Positions 38,096-53,263 of a stretch of 64,000 bases of DNA are shown here, piece after piece. Numbering within the stretch: position 1 is the stretch's first letter; the number at the start of each line of letters is the position of its first letter. Position numbers and translations under genes: made by a program. This stretch comes from Phoronis australis (lineage: Eukaryota > Animalia > Phoronida): contig NMRA01000314.1 of the NCBI GenBank assembly GCA_002633005.1, positions 406,898-470,897 of the forward strand, given 5' to 3'. A model generated the notes under the pieces. That model worked only from the letters and a program-made list of their open reading frames with translations, was not told where the DNA came from and did not search any database.

Positions 38096-41000
38096 CCCCC
38101 CCCCCCCCAACCCATTTTTCAGACTGGCTACACTTTCCAGAAACCCTATGCATGTCCCCTGAAATGACGTTTAACCACATAGTCAGTTTATTTTTGTTGT
38201 CAAGATTACATCCCCATCAAACCTTAAGACCTGAAATCGCAGACCACCCCTTCCAGCTTAAAAAATGTTCCGCCGCCAATGCTATGCAATTAATGATTTT
38301 TCAAGAGCCAAGAACGAGCAGTAACTGCAAAACACAAAAAAATATAAACTGCTTTTTAAAATCTTAATTGCTGCACATGGCAAAAGTTCCAGTCCACTGA
38401 GAAAAACCAAAAGGGGAATACAGGGTAATGGTTGTGTCTCCCTAAGGTGGTTCTCGGAACACTAAAAAAAAACGTCGGGAAAAAACAAGTGGGAATTGTC
38501 TTAAGCCTTGAAGAATCTAAGTTAGAGCTCTGACAATGGGTGTTGTATTCGAAGCACCGTTTCCGCTAATCACCCCGTCCTTTAATCATCCAATGTCATG
38601 AACATGTGACAGTAACTCCCTGGTACATATATATAGTATGTAATGTGATATTTGATATTCAAAGCAATGACAATTGACTGGTACTGCTAGCGTAATAGCT
38701 AGGAGAGTACTCGTTTCTCAGGTCACACAATAGCCTTGGGGAACTGTGTGTATTGAACAAAGGGTTTGCTTATTATATCATCTCAGAACATAGTAATTGT
38801 GTGTGTGAATCACTGTTAAGAGGCTGTAAAAACAAAGACTTGGTTAGCAATCACCACAGAATAACTATTAAAAGGTCTTAAGGAGGACATTGCAGACACC
38901 AGTATGAACTTAAAACCATGTGTCGAGAGACCAACAGAAAATTTTAATACATTTATTTCATCAAAGTCCTCATTTTGTGGAAAGAGCAAACATTTGATTT
39001 ATGAACCTATAGCCACAAGAACCAACATCCAAGCACAACACAATGGCCATGTAACTGTTGTGAATTATGACTGAACTATTTCTGCAAGTAATATATTACT
39101 TTGTGACCAAAGAAAGGAAGAAAAAACAACAAAAATGAAAATACACAAAAGTGTAAAATCAAAACCTTCATTTTGATTTCACAGTTGTTGGAAAGTTACC
39201 TCTTTTTCTCAAAACACGGTAACCTAGGCCAAATTTTGCACGCATTCACTTGACTTCAAAGTTGTACGGTAGTTGTCAATGGTGCTGACAGATGTCACTA
39301 CTCCTGACAGGTGTGGAAATGTACCTCTATTCATCAGCTCTCTAACAACTCCACCTTGTATTTACCCATCATTGATCTCAACAGCTGACTGACACTTGAA
39401 TAGGTAACTAACCATTGTGTATTGACATACCTTGGCAAGGCTGAAGAACACAAGATTTGTTAATTACAACTGAGCAAATAACGCAGAAAAAGAAACAAAA
39501 TGCTCGAGTAATCAGCTCAAAGAACGTACTTACTACTTACAGTTGAGGTATTTTATCATTGGAGCAGACAATGTTTCAGCCATATTAAACCAAACACATA
39601 GAAGAAATATTTCAATGCATGAGAAAAGAAAAGGGTCTTCCAAACCATTGTTAGATAATTTCGAAATGTCACTATGGTGACAATGGCAAAGCCACGAAAA
39701 GATTAAAATAAAATGCTGAATTTTGGTACTTAAAAGTTGTTTTAGTGAAGATCCCATAACACCGTCTAATATTTACTAAATAGGAGGTTAAACACAAAAT
39801 CCCAGCATAGAAACCAAAGCATTTTGCCACCTCTAGGCCAAACACAAGAGTGGCCAGTTGAGGACAGCAAACGATGCTCCTCACAATGAGTAAGCATGCA
39901 TCAAACAAGATTGACACAAGATGGCAGCACACTACAGTATAAGACCAACTGTTCCCATTCAGTACACTGTGTTGTGCATTGATACTGATAATTTGTTTCA
40001 AGTACCTTGTCCAGGTTTTTGTCATAATTACAAAAAAGTATGAATTTATGAATCATACCTAACATGTGCGTTAAAAATATCATGGGAAAAACTGAAGGTG
40101 CAATAGACCCCTGCTTTCCCTTGGCTAATTATATATCCTTTGCACTTAACCCAAGTCTTCATGAAGGAGTATTCAAGGGACCATTTACAGAATATTTTAC
40201 CCATTCACAAAATAGGATTAACTATGTATACTGGATCATGGTTTTCAGCATTTTGTTGCAAGTTCAAACAATTTTTAAGCAAGAGTAAACATTGCGTGAC
40301 ACAGTTTCTGGCAGAATGAATTACTATCAACACCATTAAAGTCATGCAGTTTCTATTGAAATTTGAACCATTAGGGAGGCTGGTGCGATCAATACCAAGC
40401 CATTGTCTCTCTGTGGTTCCTGGGTCTCAGGGGTGACTGACAGTGGCCTTCAATACAAGCTTGATTGTTGCCAGTCAATATTTTATCACCAACAACCAGA
40501 AGAGATGTCATTCACAATCACAGTAACAACAATCCGAGAAGAGCTAACAATGAGTAAGACTCTCTTAAACACATAATCATACCTATTTAGAAGTGTGGAC
40601 TTCACCTGAAGGAAATTTACACACATAAAAAATAATTTTGCAATGAAAAAAATTATACTGGTAATATCGTCCAATTTATCAACCACTGGTCCAAAAGGTC
40701 CAAGAGGAGACAACGTAAATATTATTTCTAGCATAAAAGAAATAACAAACTGCAAAGAAGTTGGACTTTAACCAAACATTAGCACTTAGTGCACTGACTT
40801 TACCAAAGTTCTCGTATTAAGTTATTAACACAAACCAGAAGAAGCTAATGAAGGAACTGGTGGAAGACCCTACCTAAATAATACAAACTTGACGTTCATT
40901 AAAAAACACCAAACTGATACAGACTGGAATGTCACTGGCGGAACTTTGTGAATGTTATCAAGTGACAGATATAATTACACCAGTCATGGCAGTGTCAGGC

Positions 41001-41256
41001 TGAAGGTAGAAGATAATTATAGATGCAAACCGGTTATTACAAATTATAATTGGTAAACTCAAATGTCAGACAAGATCATATTCTGATCTAAGGCTGTCTA
41101 TTAACCAAGCTCACTTATATTGTGGGAATATACATTACTGATGTAACCTCAATCCACTACCCCCCCTCACCCAGCACACAGACCGACCAATCAACAGACA
41201 ATCCACTACAGAGAGTTTGCCAGCACAGGTATGCCAGAGTAGATGGGTAGGTAAAC

Positions 41257-41504
41257 CAGTGGCAGATCTATGTTTTCAGTAAGAGGGAGTTTAGGATTCC
41301 AGCGAATCGGAGGCGCGTAGCGCCGAGGGGAAGGAAGGAACGTTGGGAGAGGGTTTCCCTCCTCCCATGTAGGATTTTTTGTGGTTTTTAGTAGCTAATT
41401 TCGTTTTTCTGGCGGATTTTTTTTCAATTTTTATTTTTGATTCTGTCCCGAGGGGGGGTTTGAACCCCCTGAACACCCTCCCTCCTACTGTAGATCCGCC
41501 TCTG
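41257..41504. mobile_element. hAT-like MITE
   Basis: TIR CAGTGGCAGATCTA / TAGATCCGCCTCTG; TAAAC on both flanks (partial TSD); G/C-run-rich subterminal region. Confidence 0.7.
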
Positions 41505-43821
41505 TAAACACTGCCAAAGCGGTGATATTAGGCCATGCACGTTCTAAAAAAAATAACCGATCAGTTAACACCTGAAAATCATTTGATTAATAATGTTTAA
41601 AAGGTAACCTCCATGAAAGTTTTACAATATAATGCATACATATTCAATTTCTTTATCATATCTAATAGACAATATTTTGAAAAATTGTAGGCATTCATAA
41701 TAATGTTAGACGGCCTTAAAAATAAAAGTGTAATTTTAGCGATTATTTTGTCCGAAATTGTAGCCTAGATAGAATTGACTGGTTGTTCAAACTCTCCAGA
41801 ATATCCCCAGACTCTCGGTGTGGTCATGAAACTTGCTAACAAGTTTGGTTGTCGGTGATAGCATAGTGTTGGTGCCGAACTTGGTGGACCTAGCTTTAAG
41901 TTTGGTTGTGTCTGCAAGAGTAGACTGGACTTCAAACATAACTTACTTAAATACAGTGTTAAATTTTCACTGAATCAACTTGTAAACAACTTCCCCAAAG
42001 CTCTGTCAAAACCATGCCACTCAAAGACCAAAGGACACAATGTTACAGTACAACTCACCAATTTTTGACAAGAATAATTGCTAGTAATGTCATTTTTTCA
42101 TTTTCAAGATTTCTGACATTACGAATGGTTTCTGTTCTAATTATTGTGTAGAACTGGAGCATCGAAAAACATTTATTGATTAATTCATAGAAAAATGAAA
42201 AAAAAAATTCAGTGGTCGGCCATATCGAGTCCTAAAATGGTGAGATTTGACAAGTTACACCCAACTGCACTTGTCAAAGAAAGTATTTTGAGTACTTTTA
42301 AAGGACAGCATAGCTAGACTCATGTGTCAGCCCTCAATAGAGACACTCCTCACAAACTAAACTCAGATGCAGTGCTAAATAAAGCCAGGTATTACAAAAC
42401 AAAGACAGTCTGCTACAATCAATCAGACTTTGACAAGGTTTGGCATCAATTAATACACTGCTGTTGTGTGTTAGACTGTCAGTGATGAGGATAGCATATG
42501 ATGACTGTAGCGCTCTCCAGCACCACCAGGTACCCTGCGACACTACTCGCCCCCATTCAGCAAAGCATCCATACTACACACCCTGCACCTTGTAAAAAGT
42601 GTGGTGCAAACAGTGTTATGTAACTGAACAAGGCCCTGCAGCTGGTTGTTGCTTGTAACTTGTCTGCAAGTTTCCATCCACATTACAACTTGGGCTAGGG
42701 CAAGTAACCCTAAAACAATACCTCTACATGATACTGTATGTTGTCACACCTGTCTCAAGTCCCCCTAGGGCACGTATCATCCACATTACTGCTAAACCTA
42801 GCAGTAATTGTTCTAGAAAAAAAACGTATTATTCATAGTAGCCCCATTCGCATGCTTAACTGAGAAACCCGTGTATTAATTGTTTACCTAAATTCGCTTT
42901 TAATTCTGTTAACGCCTGTGTTCTCATGTGGTCAGTTCCTGCTAATGGAACCTCCTTTTCTGGGTCACTCCTGCCGTCGACTTTGGTCACTACTGCTCTC
43001 GTGGCTTCAAATCCGATACCAACTTAGTCAAACTGGCAAAGAATTCGTAAAAAATGCTGTCAGCAAACCAGTCGTAGATTCACTCCCGGTTAGTTGGGAG
43101 GGGGTTATTTTGCTAAGAATGCACTTTTCTTGCACATGAAAATTGGACTCAAAAATGTGGTCACGTGTCAATAATAAAGACACAGTAGAATGAAGCATAT
43201 TTTTAGAATTGTCGATCTTTCTCTTTTCAGAAAATATATACTTTTAATGGTGGCAAAGCATAATTTTTTCGATATTTGACTTAAGAGTTGAGGTCGTTTA
43301 TTGCGTCCTAGATAACCTTAATAGGCCTTTGTTTATCGTTACAATTCAATTACTGACAGACAATGAATGTACTTTGAGCAAAAATGGGTGGTGAGAAACA
43401 AACTAACTGCTGGTGAAAACTATCCTTTTGCTTATAGCTCTTGTGTCTAGCTACAATGCTAGTGGTTTTGCTCTCATCTTTGCCCGTGAAACTGTTGGCG
43501 TTGTCACCACTCATGTGAACCTAGTATGACACAGTATTTGTACCAGTGAAAATGCTGTGAATGGTTTAATAGAGACCCCACTGCTAATGCCAGGCATGCT
43601 CTATTCAGAAACACCACAGGCTCAATAAACAGCCTGCAGGGAAATAGATTTTCGATTTTGCTGCCTTCACATTTGGAAACCAGACACTATGTAGAAATCC
43701 TCAACAAGAACTTCAGTATGTTTACTTGTTAATAGTGGTTTTGTTTATTTACATCTCTTGAAAGGCAGTCAAACATATGTTCTAGAAGATCCAAAGTGAC
43801 TAGCATATGTGACTCCACTTG

Positions 43822-44105
43822 GCATTGATGGCCCATATTATGAACATGGATACAACATTGTGGCCCATATTATAAATACAACATTGATGGCTCGTACTAT
43901 GAATATGGATACAACATTGATGGCCCATATTATGAACATGGATACAACATTGTGGCCCATATTATAAATACAACATTGATGGCTCCTACTATGAATATGG
44001 ATACATTGATGGCCCATATTATGAACATGATAAAACATTAATGGCCCATATTATGAACATGGATTCAACACTGATGGCCCATATTATGAACATGGATACA
44101 ACATT
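43822..44105. repeat. Minisatellite, ~29-33 bp units
   Basis: CATTGATGGCCCATATTATGAACATGGATACAA. Confidence 0.95.
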
Positions 44106-45189
44106 CAATTTCCCTCAGTGTTAGCCACCTGAAGACAAATGCCGTGTATGTCACAATTTGCTAATGAAGGGTAACACAATATTACAGACACTGCACACAG
44201 TGTCTTGGAAGAGGAGGTTACTGATGAGGAATAAAATGCACACTAAACATATAACAGAGTTATGTAATATAACAAAAGGAAGTTTGCCATTTATGTTCAG
44301 AACCAGCATTCCCACATACTGAAGTTCTATAAATGGCCCAACATAAAATAACCAACATGAAAGAACTTTGTAACTTTACTGCAATGAAGTGATTAATTTG
44401 AAATGACTTTTCAATGTAATCTAAAACCAAATTTCTGTACTTGAATTGAGTGCAGGTTGCTTGAGACTGCACTTCAAAGTAACCATGACCTATATTTTTC
44501 TTTGCACTGAATATAGTACATATAATTTGTTACATGAGTCAAAATAATGTACAACCAAGTGTTACAAAAGTCTTGGCTAGACAACCACAGGTTTTAGCGT
44601 TTCTAAAAGGCAGCAATGCATGTTTTGAGTCCACTGTTATCCATGTGATGGCCTTAGGAGGTCTCAATAATTATGTTCCAAACAAAAAGCTCCTTTCAGC
44701 AAAATCTAGCTAAAGCCAATTTTCAAAGCAATTTTTGCATTGCTCTGTAATCTCTGGAGTGACAAAACATCAAAATTATGAGAGAAATATGGCTACTGTT
44801 TCATTTAGGTACTTTTTAAAAATGTTATTTTCAATTTAAAAAAATGTGCCATTTAATAATGCCAATTTACAATTGACCTATCGCCAGGAGTTTGAGTGAG
44901 GGCTTAACTGACCAATCACAATGCAGCATTCTTGACACACCTTCGTTTCCAAGTTGTCATTCTACCTGACAAACAACTCGTTGCCGGGTAAAATGTATTT
45001 TTTCTTAGTTGACATTTCTCAAGGGGCCCCCCCCCGGAGCTTGCGATAGGTCAATTCCAACAGTCACCTATTTCAGTTTTTGTACAAAAGAGCCTTTGTC
45101 ATCCTAGCAGATGATATTGATATCAGTCAGATGTGGTCAGGATTGTTGAATATACATGTGCAACTGTCAACCTGGTTGAAATTATGTTC

Positions 45190-45306
45190 GTGTGTGCTTC
45201 TGTGCGCACGTGTGTGTGTGCGTGCGTGTGTGCGTGCGTGCGTGTGTGTGCGTGTGTGTGCGTGTGTGTGCGTGTGTGCGTGTGCGCGTCTGCGTGTTCG
45301 TGTGTG
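45190..45306. repeat. (GT)n/(GCGT)n microsatellite
   Basis: Direct observation. Confidence 0.95.
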
Positions 45307-45448
45307 TAGCATAAAGACAAACTTTTAATGGTTCCTATCTGGCACTTACAAATAATACTGATTTTATGGGCTCTTCAACCAAAATACAGAATGGTCAAAA
45401 TAGATTTCAATTGAAAATGTCCATATATTGCGCTAAAGCTGACTTCTG

Positions 45449-45592
45449 GTTGTTTCACTAACACCAGCACGCATTGTTGTTTCACTAACACCAGCACGCA
45501 TTGTTGTTTCACTAACACCAGCATGCACTGTTGTTTCACTAACAACAGCACACACTATTGCTTCACTAACACCAGCATACAATGTTGTTTCA
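45449..45592. repeat. Minisatellite, ~30 bp, 4-5 copies
   Basis: TTGTTGTTTCACTAACACCAGCACGCA. Confidence 0.9.
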
Positions 45593-45716
45593 ATGGGCAT
45601 CACTACTCATCACGCTAACATTTTGATACAAAATTTTGGCCAAAACGTTGTTGACTTATCATCCTACTCAAAACACTGGCTGTTACACATTTACTCTAGA
45701 CACCAACAGACACCGT

Positions 45717-47116
45717 TACGGTAAAAAATCCCGAATTCGGCACAGTCTCCTGAATTTCGGACACCTAAATCCTACCCAAACTGATTTTTTTGTTTTGATT
45801 CTCAAATTTGGGACACGATCGAATTTGGCATTCACCATATTTCTCAAATTTCGGAAACATCGGCATTGACCGCAATTCTCACATTTCGGACAACTAATAC
45901 CGGTGATTATTTACACATCATTTAAAACTGCCACCGGTGTAATGTATTGACTGATGTCTCAGTCTATAGTTATTGATTTGGATGGTTTGGGTAAATCTCG
46001 AATGTTTTCTTGGCAGTCGTAATCACAGACTCAAAATATTTGCCCCGCTTGATCACGTTTTCACTATGCAAATGAAATTGTGTCCAACTTTCACGTAATC
46101 GCCACAGTGTCACACTCACAGCTCTTAATAAGCACCGGAGATGAAACCTTTGTGTTTCCAAGTTGAATCTCGGGTTCAAAGTTTAAATTCTTTTCAGCGA
46201 ACATGCGGCCCACTAATACCTTCCTCTCAGTGCCCCGACCTTCACTATGTCATGCACCCGAATTGGCAAAACGATGTTGTTCAGTGTCAAGTTAAACCAG
46301 GCTTCATGAAAAGCAAAAATCCATGTCCTAGTTTGTTGGATGGGTTGTTTTTAAGCTTCCGACAAACTTTTGATATTTTCAATGGTTCAGTGCTTTTACT
46401 CGTATGTCGCTTAAGCTGGCATGGGTACCATATTTGGCATACATATGACATCACATAACAACAAGCCTGAGCACATGGCAACAAGGAATAACAATTTCAA
46501 AGTTCTATTGATTGAATATATCCCAATCGCATAAAGCAACAGTTCTACAATTGTCAAATAAACGCCCCGATACGTAGTCGAGATAAGACTGCAGGAACCT
46601 TATTTCCATGTAGGCGGGAACGCTGTTTCAGTCTGTTTGAGTGACAATTGATGCATAAGTATGTCGCACGCGCTGCCCCAGAAACAAACCAGGGTTACAT
46701 ATACTGCAGTCGCGTCGTCTGCGTTTGGTTTGTGAACAGTTTAACGTGAAGACATTGAGATTGCGAATAATCAGTCACCGAGTGCTACACAACAAATATA
46801 CATATTTCCCGTCACAAAGTTTGGTAAGTCGATTATGTCCAGTGTCAGGAACATCGTTGTTTATGTTTTGAGGACATCGTGTGAATTTCTTGTCAGCAAT
46901 AACGATCACAAATCTGCGCGGCTGTTCAAACGGTGTAAAACCGCATATCGATCGGCAGTCGACCGCGTAAGTTTTAAGATTTTGGACACCGTCGATTTTG
47001 CCGTCTTTTTCATATTTCTCGAATTTCGGACGGCCAATATTGCCTATTTCTAAAATTTCGGACAGGTTCAAAATAACTGTTTTTTCGCTGTCCAAAATTC
47101 AGCAATTTTTACCATA
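45717..47116. mobile_element. Tc1/mariner-like non-autonomous TIR element
   Basis: Imperfect TIR TACGGTAAAAAATCCCGAATTCGGCAC / TATGGTAAAAATTGCTGAATTTTGGAC; multiple subterminal AATTTCGGAC repeats at both ends. Confidence 0.6.
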
Positions 47117-48510
47117 CCGGGTATATTGCACCTCTCCAGAGGAACCAGGGAGAAACGAAATGCATAAACAAGGGGAGGAACTGAAAAAACAGTACAAACC
47201 ATGAACAGATGCAAAAGAGTTCTGTCCAGATTTGATGCAGAGGACAATATTTCTGTTGGTCATTTTGTTATACTGTTTCAGCGGGCTTAATGTGACTAAT
47301 GGCATAAAGGGTGTTTATAGACTTGAAGGTGTCTTGTTAGCTGGTCAGACACATCAGTTATGGTTTGTTTTATGCTAGAGTTCTCACAATACAAACAGTA
47401 GGTAGCATCCAGCCTCTACAACTCAACCTTCAACACACACTGACATCAGGTTGACACGATTGGCAAAAAACCTACCAGTTTTTCAGGGGCAACAAAATGT
47501 AGGGTTTTAGCTAGCCAGATATGTAGGGACAATTTTAGAATCGCAGCCGGCGTGATTGGCTAACTTGACTGCATGCAAAAATTGAGTCATAATCATGCTT
47601 TTTATGGTACTGTATAATAGTATAATACCAATTGGTTTCAGATTGTAATGCAAGGAAAATGCAGATCGGTGGATCAAAATTAATGTAAGTGATGAAAACA
47701 AATGAATATTTTTGTAACAGGGTCAAGAATACTGTAGATCCCAACTGGACATATGTGTTTAGTTCATAATTAATAGTTAAGACTAATCAGGAGACAGCAC
47801 ATTGAATCACACATGCCTAAAAAATTTGAATCTAAAAGATGGAATATAATAACGTCACCCGACCCACAGGTCCCCCAAATTGGAGAGAGATTTGAAGCCT
47901 ATAGGTCAATTGACCCTTTCCAAAGTTTTTCTTCAACCTAAAATTATCCCTGAATATATTGTAGGCAAAGAGCTCATTTTCACCAGCAGTTTACGTCGGC
48001 TTCCTCAACACCCGAAATATTTAATAAAAATAGATGTGCAAGCAGCTCCCTCTCTGTAATAAATTGATTTATGCTACAAGACCCGCAGTCCCCCTACACA
48101 TGTGTGATAGGTGAAGACAGCGCTCAGGCTACTTACTCAATAAGTGCTAGCGTTTTAGCCAGTTTGTGAAACCTCCAACTACGCAATTATAGTAATCAGT
48201 GAGGGTGACTCAGTGCATATGAGTGGCAGTCCAATATCTGTTTGGTTAATAGATGATAATTAATGAACTATGTTACCGATGGAGGTAAAAAGGCCTGCTC
48301 GATAATTCACAATAATTAGTCTGTATGTTACGAATTTTTAGCATTTGTTTGCATACATTTCTAAAGTACACTACAGTGTTTTGATTCAGAATGAATAATT
48401 ATGATGTCATTGGAGGTATCCAACTCATTGTTTCTTTAAATGTTTTTCATATTTAACATTCAGGGTGTGGAAACATTTCCATGGCTACACGTCTAAATTC
48501 TAGAGACGAT

Positions 48511-48698
48511 CATTAAATCCCAGCCCCGGACCATCCGACACCAAACCTGCCCTCTACATTAAATCCCAGTCCTGGACCATCAGACACCATACCTGCCCTC
48601 TACATTAAATCCCAGTCCTGGACCATCAGACACCAAACCTGCCCTCTACATTAAATCCCAATCCTGGACCATCACACACCAAACCTGCCCCCTACATT
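48511..48698. repeat. Minisatellite, 46 bp x4
   Basis: CATTAAATCCCAGTCCTGGACCATCAGACACCAAACCTGCCCTCTA. Confidence 0.95.
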
Positions 48699-51600
48699 CC
48701 AAACTTCCCTATCATTACCCCAACATCAGTGTGGAAAAGGCTTCACTCTCGCTGATCAAACTCCAGTCTCAGAGACCAACCAGTCTGGGTGAGGAATCGC
48801 TGGGACTGGAGTTTGGTCACATGGTACGGAACATTACTGGCACGTGTGTGGAGTGTACGTGTGGGGGGTTTACACCGTGAGTTAGGTGTCTGTTTTTCTG
48901 GTACAGCGATTTACACTGGCGACTATAGCTGCAATTTGGAGGCTGAGCTATAGAATCACTTTCCAACAGATACTGGATCTTTTACTAAATCTTTCGTAAT
49001 TAGAAGAAAATACAAACGAACTAGAGAAATAAATTTTTTGAAAACATCATCAACATGGTGTGCTGTTAACCATCAAAGAGAACATTCATAGATAAATGGC
49101 AAGAGTGACAGTAATGAGACTGCCTAGTTGTGTGCCAACAATGATAAGTCACTACATCAGTTAAAACTGCATATAGAGCTGTACTTATTGATCACTTTCA
49201 GCATAGATCAGTGATATCTGCAACATGTTCATTAGTGATGATGTCTTCCAGATAGGTGAAGACAACTCATCAGAGTAACAGAGGGATACTCTTTTACATA
49301 ATAGATTAAACTATGGTGTTTCCATTTGCATTTCTATTTCGTGTGACGTTTGAACAGTCACAAGGGTCATTTTCCAGCCACAGCATACAGTGTAGGAACT
49401 GAGGAACAGGCAGAGTGGCCACTCTTACCTGGGTAAGGTCAAGGTGGTCAGTGTACCCCCATTAGTCACCATACAAAAACCTGGTCAAGAATTTGCGGAT
49501 CAGGAGATGTGTTGAAGATGTCAATGTAGAGGTGAAACTTTCCAATGTTGATTGTATTGTGTTCACATTTTCCTATGTCCCAAAACACAAAAGTAAACCT
49601 TGTGTGTTTCAAATCAACCATTGACTCCAAAGAAAATGACCCCCGTGCAAACAACACACCAGTCTCACTAAAATCTGTCAGCTTTTTTGAGTAAAACGAA
49701 AAGTTTTTTGAGCTACGTACTAGATCAACTCACTGGAAAAAAAAACAGGTAACCTACTGAGTAACACCAAATGAGGCATTAATTGTGACAGTAGATAGAT
49801 CCGTAGGTGAGTTTTCTGAGCTTTGCACATGTGTTTGAGGTCCACTAATTGGTCAAAGACTGCATGCCTTCTGAGCTTGGTGTTCTCGACAACTGAAAAC
49901 TCAAACGTGTCGGAAGTATACACAACAACAATTGTGCTGGAGGCGCCCGGTGGCTTACTGTTCTTTGAGTAACACCTAATATAGTTCCAGCTCTGCCTAT
50001 GTGGCCTGCCGCAGGACTATTATCGTATACAGTTATAACAACTGCATAACCTAATTTAAAGCAGTACAGATCATAATCAATGATGGTGACACTTTTTTTC
50101 CCAAACTTGAGGCTATTCTTTCAAACTGGTCGCACCTCACAAGTGTCTGCCTGCGAACACAGGTCATGTGGACACATCAAAACAGGTCGTGGAGAGCACA
50201 GGAGCTATCATGTTACTGTATGATGAAAAGCCACACAGGAACCAGATGCGGAGTGGGGGTTTGTTGATAGTGAAATGATGATAAACAGGATTTATATAAA
50301 GAACTTGAAGTTGCAATATTAAGTTGAGCAAGAATACTGCAATGGTTTGTAAAACTTTAGCCATAAAGTCCAAATAATAGACATTTTTCTTGATACGGCG
50401 ACATGATGAAATACTTCGCCTAATCGCCTTGTCACTCACCAGATGGCAATAGGGTAGTTATGGCAATAGGATAGTTAGTAAAGACAAGACACTTCCCGAT
50501 CATAAAAATGGACGGAATTCCCGGAATCTGATTTCTATCACGGAATTAGGGATCACAGACGGAATTTACACAATAGCACATACCATAATTCCACTATTTT
50601 GGATAATTATCAAAAATTAAGAACATAAATTTCATCAAATTCAACAATTCTAGTCATAAATCGATCCACACCGATATGTTCAAGTAGTGGTCCATTCTTC
50701 CTACAGGGGGCGCTGTTCTTTTCATGCATTATCCCCTAAACGGAGCTGCGACATAATGCTTTACATTTCTCAGAAATAAAAACTTTACTGATTTACAAAA
50801 ACGATAAAATAGAACTTTGTGTTTGTTAAAACTGATCTTTTGTTTATGAAAAACGTCAAACCAGGCTCTCTAAAAACAGTGTTCTGCATTCTTGTATGAA
50901 TTAAATGTGGTGGGATATTTCTCATAGTTTCTTAGGTAAGCTTTATGACTATCATGCTGTCAATTGCATTGCTGAAAGGGAGAGACGATCCACACAAAAA
51001 TGGGCTTAGTCCCTGTCACATCAGAACTTGGAAGTAAGGTCAATAGAGATACATTCTATAGTCTCCTAACCCTAAAGAGATGTACATATAATGTTTCCCA
51101 TTAGTTGAGGGCAAGTTTTACCAGAAACTGAAGCAGCCAAGTTAAATACCCATTTGGGGGTGGGACATATTCCAGAGACAAATTGTTATTATGTGGTCAA
51201 GTATCAGTCTTCTCCATCTATAGGTTTCACACTTTTTCATGAACACTTCCTGTAACTGAGACAGCTTAGTGTAAACTTTAGGAGAAACCTTGTCCCATAA
51301 ATTTCTGCACTCAGTTGAGAACACTGAAATGAATGGGGGGCAAGGGAAAGCAAAACATTTTAGCGAATCAGAGTAGTTACCAACAAATATCAAAAATGTA
51401 CAATAAACAGCAAGCTACTTGGAACTGAAAATTCGGCCTCCTGAAAAAAGTAGTGATTTTGCTCGTCACAAACACGCAGTTCATAAAACATATATGCCAT
51501 ACTTTGTGTTACAAACACACCACCTATACAGTGACATCTGAGTTACAAATTACCATGGACACCCTCCACAGATGTTAGACCTAAGCTAATTGTATAATGG

Positions 51601-53120
51601 CTCTAGCAACAACATCTTCCTTCACCAGGTTTTGGCCCAGCGGAATTGACACCGAGCAAATTGATTCCAGGTCAAGCGGCCATTTACACACACAACTCAC
51701 TAACTGTGGCAAGACGAAGTTGTAGGCAAGAGAGTGGGACGCACATGCGCAGGTTTACAAATGGCGGGAGTTGCAGAGACAGAGAACCTGTGTGTAGGTC
51801 ATTGCACACAATGCACAGGCACAGTAGAGATGATCCTTTCCGCCTTGCCCCAGTTTCGTGTTTAGACATGTAATTGACACGGAGCAAGCTGATCGGCCGC
51901 AAACTGCTCTACCTCACATACGAGTGGCAAAAATTGTCACCGAGCTGTCAATTTGCTCCAGGTCAGTCCCGCTTACAAACACACTTGCGCTAGAACATCT
52001 CGTTCTATGTCTGCTGATCGGTGTCAACTTTTGTAGTGTAAACGGCACTATAGCATAAAACCTTGATGCAAATGTGAGTATTGGAGGTCTGAAAGGGAGT
52101 TTGGATGGTGGTGGAAGACAGATTTTGAGGCCTGCAATGAAAATTAGATTCTGGGGCTTGGAGGGTAGAGTCCTTTTAGTGGAATTTTGGCTTGTTTTCT
52201 TCTTTTTCTGGAGTTTTTATTTCTCTGAGGTGGACCTTTTTGCCCACTTCGCCAAATGGAGGGGGATTCGTTCGAGGCCCCGAGCTCTCCCTGGGTGCAT
52301 GCAAGTGGCTTCTTCTTCGCTATAGTCACATACACAGACATATCTGCTGTTAATACACCTTCAAGAAACAAATTTCATAGGGAAACGAAATAAATGAATA
52401 TATGACTCAGCAGCTGTTTCAATGTAAAATATAATTACTTCAAATATAAAAATTTTAATGTAGAATTTTAATTCTAATTTTAATGTAGAATTTTAATTTT
52501 AATTTTAATGTAGAATTTTATTTTTGATTTCTGACTTGTTGGTGATGCTCCAACAAAATCGCCGCGGACGTGGATGACACAGAATTTCAATTTCACAAAC
52601 AGAAAATTAAGAGTGATGAATACAAATGCATCTACGCAATGGTACAAGCTATTAAATGCAAAAGATGACACTCAAGTGCAACTGCCAAATGCATTACTTT
52701 AGACAATAACTAAAATTCATTAATTACTCAACTGTACTTTAATAATTTAGAATGAAAATGATTTTTGAAGTGTATTAATCACAGAACAAGTCTAGTTCAC
52801 ATTAACATATTTTCACAGACTCTAGGCTTGGAACAAACTCGATAACTTAGAAAAAATGAAATTTCTTAACTGTTAGAATACAATTAATGTTTATAACCAG
52901 CATCTTTGCAAATAGAAATCAGTTAACATTAGCCTTTTAAAAAACAAAATGCGTACAACTGAAGACACAATACGGCTGAGCATTTTTAGATCATTTTGCC
53001 TATCAAAACATAAGTAGTTACAAAATTAAACTACCGTACGGTAAATTGTTCTCCATGTTGAAGTTCTGTACCATACATAGCCACCGTCAGTCACTGAGAC
53101 TCACTGGATCACACTGCTAA

Positions 53121-53263
53121 ACCCTTGAGACAGGTTTCTAGCTCCTCAGCTTGGTTTTAAAAGTGTATATTTATGAAGTACAAAAGTGGTTCCAGGTGAT
53201 CAATGCAATGAGCCTACGCGCGTGGCCTGTGCACGTCTCTGTACCAGACCACCTGCAATTACT
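53121..53263 (+). mobile_element. Dispersed repeat family copy (inverse of 16160-16303)
   Basis: Visible alignment over ~140 bp. Confidence 0.75.

Noticed and set aside
37738-38180. ORFs spanning X runs
   Set aside because: Artefacts of the N gap.
46775-47095. 106 aa ORF inside the TIR element
   Set aside because: Overlaps subterminal repeats; no transposase motif recognised.
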